A DNA stretch of 64,000 nucleotides from Eledone cirrhosa (taxonomy: Eukaryota). Numbering within the stretch: the first letter of the stretch is position 1; every line of letters starts with the position of its first letter. A model generated the notes under the pieces. That model did no database searches, was not told where the DNA came from, and worked only from the letters and a program-made list of their open reading frames with translations. Of this stretch, positions 39,801-54,800 are shown one piece after another. The position numbers and the translations under genes were made by a program. The DNA lies in assembly GCA_964016885.1 (NCBI GenBank), contig OZ024762.1, positions 29,078,001 to 29,142,000 of the forward strand, written 5' to 3'.

Positions 39801-42800
39801 CAACTTATCCCTCTTATACACAGTTTCTCTCTCAATACATCACATGTCCATACCATCTCAGTCTTCTCTCCCACACACTACAACTTATCCCTCTTATACA
39901 CAGTTTCTCTCTCAACACATCACATGTCCATACCATCTCAGTCTTCTCTCCCACACACCACAACTTATCCCTCTTATACAGTTTCTCTCTCAATACATCA
40001 CATGTCCATACTATCTCAGTTTTCTCTCCCACACACGACAACTTATCCCTCTTATACCCAGTTTCTCTCTCAACACATCACATGTCCATACCATCTCAGT
40101 GTCTTCTCCCACACACTACAACTTATCCCTCTTATACACAGTTTCTCTCTCAACACATCACATGTCCATACCATCTCAGTCTTCTCTCCCACACACCACA
40201 ACTTATCCCTCTTATACACAGTTTCTCTCTCAACACATCACATGTCGATACCATCTCAGTCTTCTCTCCCAATCACTACAACTTATCCCTCTTATACACA
40301 GTTAATCTCTCAACACATCACATGTCCATGCCATCTCAGTCTTCTCTCCCACTCACTACAACTTATCCCTCTTATACACAGTTAATCTCTCAACACATCA
40401 CATGTCCATACCATCTCAGTTTTCTCTCCCACTCACTACAACTTATCCCTCTTATACACAGTTTCTCTCTCAACACATCACATGTCCATACCATCTCAGT
40501 CTTCTCTCCCACACACCACAATTTATCCCTCTTATACACAGTTTCTCTCTCAACACATCAAATGTCCATACCATCTCAGTCTTCTCTCCCACACACCACA
40601 ACTTATCCCTCTTATACACAGTTTCTCTCTCAACTCATCAAATGTCCATACCATCTCAGTCTTCTCTCCCACACACCACCACTTATCCCTCTTATACACA
40701 GTTTCTCTCTCAACACATCACATGTCCATACCATCTCAGTCTTCTCCCCCACACACCACAACTTATCCCTCTTATACACAGTTTCTCTCTCAACACATCA
40801 AATGTCCATACCATCTCAGTCTTCTCTCCCACACACCACAACTTATCCCTCTTATACACAGTTTCTCTCTCAATACATCACATGTCCATACTATCTCAGT
40901 TTTCTCTCCCACACACTACAACTTATCCCTCTTATACCCAGTTTCTCTCTCAACACATCACATGCCCATACCATCTCAGTGTCTTCTCCCACACACTACA
41001 ACTTATCCCTCTTATACACAGTTTCTCTCTCAATACATCACATGTCCATACCATCTCAGTCTTCTCTCCCACACACCACAACTTATCCCTCTTATACACA
41101 GTTTCTCTCTCAACACATCACATGTCCATACCATCTCAGTCTTCTCTCCCACACACCACAATTTATCCCTCTTATACCCAGTTTCTCTCTCAACACATCA
41201 CATGTCCATACCATCTCAGTGTCTTCTCCCACACACTACAACTTATCCCTCTTATACACAGTTTCTCTCTCAACACATCACATGTCCATACCATCTCAGT
41301 GTCTTCTCCCACACACTACAACTTATCCCTCTTATACACAGTTTCTCTCTCAACACATCACATGTCCATACCATCTCAGTCTTCTCTCCCACACACCACA
41401 ACTTATCCCTCTTATACACAGTTTCTCTCTCAATACATCACATGTCCATACCATCTCAGTCTTCTCTCCCACACACTACAACTTATCCCTCTTATACACA
41501 GTTTCTCTCTCAACACATCACATGTCCATACCATCTCAGTCTTCTCTCCCACACACCACAACTTATCCCTCTTATACAGTTTCTCTCTCAATACATCACA
41601 TGTCCATACTATCTCAGTTTTCTCTCCCACACACGACAACTTATCCCTCTTATACCCAGTTTCTCTCTCAACACATCACATGTCCATACCATCTCAGTGT
41701 CTTCTCCCACACACTACAACTTATCCCTCTTATACACAGTTTCTCTCTCAACACATCACATGTCCATACCATCTCAGTCTTCTCTCCCACACACCACAAC
41801 TTATCCCTCTTATACACAGTTTCTCTCTCAACACATCACATGTCGATACCATCTCAGTCTTCTCTCCCAATCACTACAACTTATCCCTCTTATACACAGT
41901 TAATCTCTCAACACATCACATGTCCATGCAATCTCAGTCTTCTCTCCCACTCACTACAACTTATCCCTCTTATACACAGTTAATCTCTCAACACATCACA
42001 TGTCCATACCATCTCAGTTTTCTCTCCCACTCACTACAACTTATCCCTCTTATACACAGTTTCTCTCTCAACACATCACATGTCCATACCATCTCAGTCT
42101 TCTCTCCCACACACCACAATTTATCCCTCTTATACACAGTTTCTCTCTCAACACATCAAATGTCCATACCATCTCAGTCTTCTCTCCCACACACCACAAC
42201 TTATCCCTCTTATACACAGTTTCTCTCTCAACTCATCAAATGTCCATACCATCTCAGTCTTCTCTCCCACACACCACCACTTATCCCTCTTATACACAGT
42301 TTCTCTCTCAACACATCACATGTCCATACCATCTCAGTCTTCTCCCCCACACACCACAACTTATCCCTCTTATACACAGTTTCTCTCTCAACACATCAAA
42401 TGTCCATACCATCTCAGTCTTCTCTCCCACACACCACAACTTATCCCTCTTATACACAGTTTCTCTCTCAATACATCACATGTCCATACTATCTCAGTTT
42501 TCTCTCCCACACACTACAACTTATCCCTCTTATACCCAGTTTCTCTCTCAACACATCACATGCCCATACCATCTCAGTGTCTTCTCCCACACACTACAAC
42601 TTATCCCTCTTATACACAGTTTCTCTCTCAATACATCACATGTCCATACCATCTCAGTCTTCTCTCCCACACACCACAACTTATCCCTCTTATACACAGT
42701 TTCTCTCTCAACACATCACATGTCCATACCATCTCAGTCTTCTCTCCCACACACCACAATTTATCCCTCTTATACCCAGTTTCTCTCTCAACACATCACA

Positions 42801-45800
42801 TGTCCATACCATCTCAGTGTCTTCTCCCACACACTACAACTTATCCCTCTTATACACAGTTTCTCTCTCAACACATCACATGTCCATACCATCTCAGTCT
42901 TCTCTCCCACACACCACAACTTATCCCTCTTATACACAGTTTCTCTCTCAATACATCACATGTCCATACCATCTCAGTCTTCTCTCCGACACACTACAAC
43001 TTATCCCTCTTATACCCAGTTTCTCTCTCAACACATCACATGTCCATACCATCTCAGTGTCTTCTCCCACACACTACAACTTATCCCTCTTATACACAGT
43101 TTCTCTCTCAACACATCACATGTCCATACCATCTCAGTCTTCTCTCCCACACACCACAATTTATCCCTCTTATACACAGTTTCTCTCTCAATACATCACA
43201 TGTCCATACCATCTCAGTCTTCTCTCCCACACACTACAACTTATCCCTCTTATACACAGTTTCTCTCTCAACACATCACATGTCCATACCATCTCAGTCT
43301 TCTCTCCCACACACCACAACTTATCCCTCTTATACACAGTTTCTCTCTCAATACATCACAAGTCCATACTATCTCAGTTTTCTCTCCCACACACGACAAC
43401 TTATCCCTCTTATACACAGTTTCTCTCTCAACACATCACATGTCGATACCATCTCAGTCTTCTCTCCCATACACCACAACTTATCCCTCTTATACACAGT
43501 TTCTCTCTCAATACATCACATGTCCATACCATCTCAGTCTTCTCTCCCACACACCACAACTTATCCCTCTTATACACAGTTTCTCTCTCAACACATCACA
43601 TGTCCATACCATCTCAGTCTTCTCTCCCACACACCACAATTTATCCCTCTTATACCCAGTTTCTCTCTCAACACATCACATGTCCATACCATCTCAGTGT
43701 CTTCTCCCACACACTACAACTTATCCCTCTTATACACAGTTTCTCTCTCAACACATCACATGTCCATACCATCTCAGTCTTCTCTCCCACACACCACAAC
43801 TTATCCCTCTTATACACAGTTTCTCTCTCAACACATCACATGTCCATACCATCTCAGTCTTCTCTCCCAATCACTACAACTTATCCCTCTTATACACAGT
43901 TTCTCTCTCAACACATCACATGTCCATACCATCTCAGTGTCTTCTCCCACACACTACAACTTATCCCTCTTATACACAGTTTCTCTCTCAACACATCACA
44001 TGTCCATACCATCTCAGTCTTCTCTCCCACACACCACAACTTATCCCTCTTATACACAGTTTCTCTCTCAATACATCACATGTCCATACCATCTCAGTCT
44101 TCTCTCCCACACACTACAACTTATCCCTCTTATACACAGTTTCTCTCTCAACACATCACATGTCCATACCATCTCAGTCTTCTCTCCCACACACCACAAC
44201 TTATCCCTCTTATACAGTTTCTCTCTCAATACATCACATGTCCATACTATCTCAGTTTTCTCTCCCACACACGACAACTTATCCCTCTTATACCCAGTTT
44301 CTCTCTCAACACATCACATGTCCATACCATCTCAGTGTCTTCTCCCACACACTACAACTTATCCCTCTTATACACAGTTTCTCTCTCAACACATCACATG
44401 TCCATACCATCTCAGTCTTCTCTCCCACACACCACAACTTATCCCTCTTATACACAGTTTCTCTCTCAACACATCACATGTCGATACCATCTCAGTCTTC
44501 TCTCCCAATCACTACAACTTATCCCTCTTATACACAGTTAATCTCTCAACACATCACATGTCCATGCAATCTCAGTCTTCTCTCCCACTCACTACAACTT
44601 ATCCCTCTTATACACAGTTAATCTCTCAACACATCACATGTCCATACCATCTCAGTTTTCTCTCCCACTCACTACAACTTATCCCTCTTATACACAGTTT
44701 CTCTCTCAACACATCACATGTCCATACCATCTCAGTCTTCTCTCCCACACACCACAATTTATCCCTCTTATACACAGTTTCTCTCTCAACACATCAAATG
44801 TCCATACCATCTCAGTCTTCTCTCCCACACACCACAACTTATCCCTCTTATACACAGTTTCTCTCTCAACTCATCAAATGTCCATACCATCTCAGTCTTC
44901 TCTCCCACACACCACCACTTATCCCTCTTATACACAGTTTCTCTCTCAACACATCACATGTCCATACCATCTCAGTCTTCTCCCCCACACACCACAACTT
45001 ATCCCTCTTATACACAGTTTCTCTCTCAACACATCACATGTCCATACCATCTCAGTCTTCTCTCCCACACACCACAACTTATCCCTCTTATACACAGTTT
45101 CTCTCTCAATACATCACATGTCCATACTATCTCAGTTTTCTCTCCCACACACTACAACTTATCCCTCTTATACCCAGTTTCTCTCTCAACACATCACATG
45201 TCCATACCATCTCAGTGTCTTCTCCCACACACTACAACTTATCCCTCTTATACACAGTTTCTCTCTCAACACATCACATGTCCATACCATCTCAGTCTTC
45301 TCTCCCACACACCACAACGTATTCCTCTTATACACAGTTTCTCTCTCAATACATCACATGTCCATACCATCTCAGTCTTCTCTCCGACACACTACAACTT
45401 ATCCCTCTTATACCCAGTTTCTCTCTCAACACATCACATGTCCATACCATCTCAGTGTCTTCTCCCACACACTACAACTTATCCCTCTTATACACAGTTT
45501 CTCTCTCAACACATCACATGTCCATACCATCTCAGTCTTCTCTCCCACACACCACAACTTATTCCTCTTATACACAGTTTCTCTCTCAATACATCACATG
45601 TCCATACCATCTCAGTCTTCTCTCCCACACACCACAACTTATCCCTCTTATACACAGTTTCTCTCTCAATACATCACATGTCCATACCATCTCAGTCTTC
45701 TCTCCCACACACTACAACTTATCCCTCTTATACACAGTTTCTCTCTCAACACATCACATGTCCATACCATCTCAGTCTTCTCTCCCACACACCACAACTT

Positions 45801-48800
45801 ATCCCTCTTATACAGTTTCTCTCTCAATACATCACATGTCCATACTATCTCAGTTTTCTCTCCCACACACGACAACTTATCCCTCTTATACCCAGTTTCT
45901 CTCTCAACACATCACATGTCCATACCATCTCAGTGTCTTCTCCCACACACTACAACTTATCCCTCTTATACACAGTTTCTCTCTCAACACATCACATGTC
46001 CATACCATCTCAGTCTTCTCTCCCACACACCACAACTTATCCCTCTTATACACAGTTTCTCTCTCAACACATCACATGTCGATACCATCTCAGTCTTCTC
46101 TCCCAATCACTACAACTTATCCCTCTTATACACAGTTAATCTCTCAACACATCACATGTCCATGCCATCTCAGTCTTCTCTCCCACTCACTACAACTTAT
46201 CCCTCTTATACACAGTTAATCTCTCAACACATCACATGTCCATACCATCTCAGTTTTCTCTCCCACTCACTACAACTTATCCCTCTTATACACAGTTTCT
46301 CTCTCAACACATCACATGTCCATACCATCTCAGTCTTCTCTCCCACACACCACAATTTATCCCTCTTATACACAGTTTCTCTCTCAACACATCAAATGTC
46401 CATACCATCTCAGTCTTCTCTCCCACACACCACAACTTATCCCTCTTATACACAGTTTCTCTCTCAACTCATCAAATGTCCATACCATCTCAGTCTTCTC
46501 TCCCACACACCACCACTTATCCCTCTTATACACAGTTTCTCTCTCAACACATCACATGTCCATACCATCTCAGTCTTCTCCCCCACACACCACAACTTAT
46601 CCCTCTTATACACAGTTTCTCTCTCAACACATCAAATGTCCATACCATCTCAGTCTTCTCTCCCACACACCACAACTTATCCCTCTTATACACAGTTTCT
46701 CTCTCAATACATCACATGTCCATACTATCTCAGTTTTCTCTCCCACACACTACAACTTATCCCTCTTATACCCAGTTTCTCTCTCAACACATCACATGCC
46801 CATACCATCTCAGTGTCTTCTCCCACACACTACAACTTATCCCTCTTATACACAGTTTCTCTCTCAATACATCACATGTCCATACCATCTCAGTCTTCTC
46901 TCCCACACACCACAACTTATCCCTCTTATACACAGTTTCTCTCTCAACACATCACATGTCCATACCATCTCAGTCTTCTCTCCCACACACCACAATTTAT
47001 CCCTCTTATACCCAGTTTCTCTCTCAACACATCACATGTCCATACCATCTCAGTGTCTTCTCCCACACACTACAACTTATCCCTCTTATACACAGTTTCT
47101 CTCTCAACACATCACATGTCCATACCATCTCAGTCTTCTCTCCCACACACCACAACTTATCCCTCTTATACACAGTTTCTCTCTCAATACATCACATGTC
47201 CATACCATCTCAGTCTTCTCTCCGACACACTACAACTTATCCCTCTTATACCCAGTTTCTCTCTCAACACATCACATGTCCATACCATCTCAGTGTCTTC
47301 TCCCACACACTACAACTTATCCCTCTTATACACAGTTTCTCTCTCAACACATCACATGTCCATACCATCTCAGTCTTCTCTCCAACACACCACAATTTAT
47401 CCCTCTTATACACAGTTTCTCTCTCAATACATCACATGTCCATACCATCTCAGTCTTCTCTCCCACACACTACAACTTATCCCTCTTATACACAGTTTCT
47501 CTCTCAACACATCACATGTCCATACCATCTCAGTCTTCTCTCCCACACACCACAACTTATCCCTCTTATACACAGTTTCTCTCTCAATACATCACAAGTC
47601 CATACTATCTCAGTTTTCTCTCCCACACACGACAACTTATCCCTCTTATACACAGTTTCTCTCTCAACACATCACATGTCGATACCATCTCAGTCTTCTC
47701 TCCCACACACCACAACTTATCCCTCTTATACACAGTTTCTCTCTCAATACATCACATGTCCATACCATCTCAGTCTTCTCTCCCACACACCACAACTTAT
47801 CCCTCTTATACACAGTTTCTCTCTCAACACATCACATGTCCATACCATCTCAGTCTTCTCTCCCACACACCACAATTTATCCCTCTTATACCCAGTTTCT
47901 CTCTCAACACATCACATGTCCATACCATCTCAGTGTCTTCTCCCACACACTACAACTTATCCCTCTTATACACAGTTTCTCTCTCAACACATCACATGTC
48001 CATACCATCTCAGTCTTCTCTCCCACACACCACAACTTATCCCTCTTATACACAGTTTCTCTCTCAACACATCACATGTCCATACCATCTCAGTCTTCTC
48101 TCCCAATCACTACAACTTATCCCTCTTATACACAGTTTCTCTCTCAACACATCACATGTCCATACCATCTCAGTGTCTTCTCCCACACACTACAACTTAT
48201 CCCTCTTATACACAGTTTCTCTCTCAACACATCACATGTCCATACCATCTCAGTCTTCTCTCCCACACACCACAACTTATCCCTCTTATACACAGTTTCT
48301 CTCTCAATACATCACATGTCCATACCATCTCAGTCTTCTCTCCCACACACTACAACTTATCCCTCTTATACACAGTTTCTCTCTCAACACATCACATGTC
48401 CATACCATCTCAGTCTTCTCTCCCACACACCACAACTTATCCCTCTTATACAGTTTCTCTCTCAATACATCACATGTCCATACTATCTCAGTTTTCTCTC
48501 CCACACACGACAACTTATCCCTCTTATACCCAGTTTCTCTCTCAACACATCACATGTCCATACCATCTCAGTGTCTTCTCCCACACACTACAACTTATCC
48601 CTCTTATACACAGTTTCTCTCTCAACACATCACATGTCCATACCATCTCAGTCTTCTCTCCCACACACCACAACTTATCCCTCTTATACACAGTTTCTCT
48701 CTCAACACATCACATGTCGATACCATCTCAGTCTTCTCTCCCAATCACTACAACTTATCCCTCTTATACACAGTTAATCTCTCAACACATCACATGTCCA

Positions 48801-51800
48801 TGCAATCTCAGTCTTCTCTCCCACTCACTACAACTTATCCCTCTTATACACAGTTTCTCTCTCAACACATCACATGTCCATACCATCTCAGTCTTCTCTC
48901 CCACACACCACAATTTATCCCTCTTATACACAGTTTCTCTCTCAACACATCAAATGTCCATACCATCTCAGTCTTCTCTCCCACACACCACAACTTATCC
49001 CTCTTATACACAGTTTCTCTCTCAACTCATCAAATGTCCATACCATCTCAGTCTTCTCTCCCACACACCACCACTTATCCCTCTTATACACAGTTTCTCT
49101 CTCAACACATCACATGTCCATACCATCTCAGTCTTCTCTCCCACACACCACAATTTATCCCTCTTATACCCAGTTTCTCTCTCAACACATCACATGTCCA
49201 TACCATCTCAGTGTCTTCTCCCACACACTACAACTTATCCCTCTTATACACAGTTTCTCTCTCAACACATCACATGTCCATACCATCTCAGTCTTCTCTC
49301 CCACACACCACAACTTATCCCTCTTATACACAGTTTCTCTCTCAATACATCACATGTCCATACCATCTCAGTCTTCTCTCCGACACACTACAACTTATCC
49401 CTCTTATACCCAGTTTCTCTCTCAACACATCACATGTCCATACCATCTCAGTGTCTTCTCCCACACACTACAACTTATCCCTCTTATACACAGTTTCTCT
49501 CTCAACACATCACATGTCCATACCATCTCAGTCTTCTCTCCCACACACCACAATTTATCCCTCTTATACACAGTTTCTCTCTCAATACATCACATGTCCA
49601 TACCATCTCAGTCTTCTCTCCCACACACTACAACTTATCCCTCTTATACACAGTTTCTCTCTCAACACATCACATGTCCATACCATCTCAGTCTTCTCTC
49701 CCACACACCACAACTTATCCCTCTTATACACAGTTTCTCTCTCAATACATCACAAGTCCATACTATCTCAGTTTTCTCTCCCACACACGACAACTTATCC
49801 CTCTTATACACAGTTTCTCTCTCAACACATCACATGTCGATACCATCTCAGTCTTCTCTCCCACACACCACAACTTATCCCTCTTATACACAGTTTCTCT
49901 CTCAATACATCACATGTCCATACCATCTCAGTCTTCTCTCCCACACACCACAACTTATCCCTCTTATACACAGTTTCTCTCTCAACACATCACATGTCCA
50001 TACCATCTCAGTCTTCTCTCCCACACACCACAATTTATCCCTCTTATACCCAGTTTCTCTCTCAACACATCACATGTCCATACCATCTCAGTGTCTTCTC
50101 CCACACACTACAACTTATCCCTCTTATACACAGTTTCTCTCTCAACACATCACATGTCCATACCATCTCAGTCTTCTCTCCCACACACCACAACTTATCC
50201 CTCTTATACACAGTTTCTCTCTCAACACATCACATGTCCATACCATCTCAGTCTTCTCTCCCAATCACTACAACTTATCCCTCTTATACACAGTTTCTCT
50301 CTCAACACATCACATGTCCATACCATCTCAGTGTCTTCTCCCACACACTACAACTTATCCCTCTTATACACAGTTTCTCTCTCAACACATCACATGTCCA
50401 TACCATCTCAGTCTTCTCTCCCACACACCACAACTTATCCCTCTTATACACAGTTTCTCTCTCAATACATCACATGTCCATACCATCTCAGTCTTCTCTC
50501 CCACACACTACAACTTATCCCTCTTATACACAGTTTCTCTCTCAACACATCACATGTCCATACCATCTCAGTCTTCTCTCCCACACACCACAACTTATCC
50601 CTCTTATACAGTTTCTCTCTCAATACATCACATGTCCATACTATCTCAGTTTTCTCTCCCACACACGACAACTTATCCCTCTTATACCCAGTTTCTCTCT
50701 CAACACATCACATGTCCATACCATCTCAGTGTCTTCTCCCACACACTACAACTTATCCCTCTTATACACAGTTTCTCTCTCAACACATCACATGTCCATA
50801 CCATCTCAGTCTTCTCTCCCACACACCACAACTTATCCCTCTTATACACAGTTTCTCTCTCAACACATCACATGTCGATACCATCTCAGTCTTCTCTCCC
50901 AATCACTACAACTTATCCCTCTTATACACAGTTAATCTCTCAACACATCACATGTCCATGCAATCTCAGTCTTCTCTCCCACTCACTACAACTTATCCCT
51001 CTTATACACAGTTAATCTCTCAACACATCACATGTCCATACCATCTCAGTTTTCTCTCCCACTCACTACAACTTATCCCTCTTATACACAGTTTCTCTCT
51101 CAACACATCACATGTCCATACCATCTCAGTCTTCTCTCCCACACACCACAATTTATCCCTCTTATACACAGTTTCTCTCTCAACACATCAAATGTCCATA
51201 CCATCTCAGTCTTCTCTCCCACACACCACAACTTATCCCTCTTATACACAGTTTCTCTCTCAACTCATCAAATGTCCATACCATCTCAGTCTTCTCTCCC
51301 ACACACCACCACTTATCCCTCTTATACACAGTTTCTCTCTCAACACATCACATGTCCATACCATCTCAGTCTTCTCCCCCACACACCACAACTTATCCCT
51401 CTTATACACAGTTTCTCTCTCAACACATCACATGTCCATACCATCTCAGTCTTCTCTCCCACACACCACAACTTATCCCTCTTATACACAGTTTCTCTCT
51501 CAATACATCACATGTCCATACTATCTCAGTTTTCTCTCCCACACACTACAACTTATCCCTCTTATACCCAGTTTCTCTCTCAACACATCACATGTCCATA
51601 CCATCTCAGTGTCTTCTCCCACACACTACAACTTATCCCTCTTATACACAGTTTCTCTCTCAACACATCACATGTCCATACCATCTCAGTCTTCTCTCCC
51701 ACACACCACAACTTATTCCTCTTATACACAGTTTCTCTCTCAATACATCACATGTCCATACCATCTCAGTCTTCTCTCCGACACACTACAACTTATCCCT

Positions 51801-54800
51801 CTTATACCCAGTTTCTCTCTCAACACATCACATGTCCATACCATCTCAGTGTCTTCTCCCACACACTACAACTTATCCCTCTTATACACAGTTTCTCTCT
51901 CAACACATCACATGTCCATACCATCTCAGTCTTCTCTCACACACACCACAACTTATCCCTCTTATACACAGTTTCTCTCTCAATACATCACATGTCCATA
52001 CCATCTCAGTCTTCTCTCCCACACACTACAACTTATCCCTCTTATACACAGTTTCTCTCTCAACACATCACATGTCCATACCATCTCAGTCTTCTCTCCC
52101 ACACACCACAACTTATCCCTCTTATACACAGTTTCTCTCTCAACACATCACATGTCCATACCATCTCAGTCTTCTCTCCCAATCACTACAACTTATCCCT
52201 CTTATACACAGTTAATCTCTCAACACATCACATGTCCATGCCATCACAGTCTTCTCTCCCACTCACTACAACTTATCCCTCTTATACACAGTTTCTCTCT
52301 CAACACATCACATGTCCATACCATCTCAGTCTTCTCTCCCACACACCACAACTTATCCGTCTTATACCCAGTTTCTCCCTCAACACATCACATGTCCATA
52401 CCATCTCAGTCTTCTCTGCCACACACTACAACTTATCCCTCTTATACACAGTTTCTCTCTCAACGCATCACATGTCCATTCCATCTCAGTCTTCTCTCCC
52501 ACACACTACAACTTATCCCTCTTATACACAGTTTCTCTCTCAACACATCACATGTCCATTCCATCTCAGTCTTCTCTCCCACACACCACAACTTATCCCT
52601 CTTATACACAGTTAATCTCTTAACACATCACATGTCCATACCATCTCAGTCTTCTCTCCCACACACCACAATTTATCCCTCTTATACACAGTTAATCTCT
52701 TAACTCATCACATATCCATACCATCTCAGTCTTCTCTCCCACACACCACAACTTATCCCTCTTATACACAGTTTCTCTCTCAACACATCACATGTCCATA
52801 CCATCACAGTCTTCTCTCCCACACACTACAACTGATCCCTCTTATACACAGTTTCTCTCTCAACTCATCACATGTCCATACCATCTCAGTCTTCTCTCCC
52901 ACACACTACAACTTATCCCTCTTATACACAGTTTCTCTCTCAACACATCACATGTCCATACCATCTCAGTCTTCTCCCCCACACACCACAACTTATCCCT
53001 CTTATACACAGTTTCTCTCTCAACACATCACATGTCCATACCATCTCAGTCTTCTCTCCCACACACCACAACTTATCCCTCTTATACACAGTTTCTCTCT
53101 CAATACATCACATGTCCATACTATCTCAGTTTTCTCTCCCACACACTACAACTTATCCCTCTTATACCCAGTTTCTCTCTCAACACATCACATGTCCATA
53201 CCATCTCAGTGTCTTCTCCCACACACTACAACTTATCCCTCTTATACACAGTTTCTCTCTCAACACATCACATGTCCATACCATCTCAGTCTTCTCTCCC
53301 ACACACCACAACTTATCCCTCTTATACACAGTTTCTCTCTCAATACATCACAAGTCCATACTATCTCAGTTTTCTCTCCCACACACGACAACTTATCCCT
53401 CTTATACACAGTTTCTCTCTCAACACATCACATGTCGATACCATCTCAGTCTTCTCTCCCACACACCACAACTTATCCCTCTTATACACAGTTTCTCTCT
53501 CAATACATCACATGTCCATACCATCTCAGTCTTCTCTCCCACACACCACAACTTATCCCTCTTATACACAGTTTCTCTCTCAACACATCACATGTCCATA
53601 CCATCTCAGTCTTCTCTCCCACACACCACAATTTATCCCTCTTATACCCAGTTTCTCTCTCAACACATCACATGTCCATACCATCTCAGTGTCTTCTCCC
53701 ACACACTACAACTTATCCCTCTTATACACAGTTTCTCTCTCAACACATCACATGTCCATACCATCTCAGTCTTCTCTCCCACACACCACAACTTATCCCT
53801 CTTATACACAGTTTCTCTCTCAACACATCACATGTCCATACCATCTCAGTCTTCTCTCCCAATCACTACAACTTATCCCTCTTATACACAGTTTCTCTCT
53901 CAACACATCACATGTCCATACCATCTCAGTGTCTTCTCCCACACACTACAACTTATCCCTCTTATACACAGTTTCTCTCTCAACACATCACATGTCCATA
54001 CCATCTCAGTCTTCTCTCCCACACACCACAACTTATCCCTCTTATACACAGTTTCTCTCTCAATACATCACATGTCCATACCATCTCAGTCTTCTCTCCC
54101 ACACACTACAACTTATCCCTCTTATACACAGTTTCTCTCTCAACACATCACATGTCCATACCATCTCAGTCTTCTCTCCCACACACCACAACTTATCCCT
54201 CTTATACAGTTTCTCTCTCAATACATCACATGTCCATACTATCTCAGTTTTCTCTCCCACACACGACAACTTATCCCTCTTATACCCAGTTTCTCTCTCA
54301 ACACATCACATGTCCATACCATCTCAGTGTCTTCTCCCACACACTACAACTTATCCCTCTTATACACAGTTTCTCTCTCAACACATCACATGTCCATACC
54401 ATCTCAGTCTTCTCTCCCACACACCACAACTTATCCCTCTTATACACAGTTTCTCTCTCAACACATCACATGTCGATACCATCTCAGTCTTCTCTCCCAA
54501 TCACTACAACTTATCCCTCTTATACACAGTTAATCTCTCAACACATCACATGTCCATGCAATCTCAGTCTTCTCTCCCACTCACTACAACTTATCCCTCT
54601 TATACACAGTTTCTCTCTCAACACATCACATGTCCATACCATCTCAGTCTTCTCTCCCACACACCACAATTTATCCCTCTTATACACAGTTTCTCTCTCA
54701 ACACATCAAATGTCCATACCATCTCAGTCTTCTCTCCCACACACCACAACTTATCCCTCTTATACACAGTTTCTCTCTCAACTCATCAAATGTCCATACC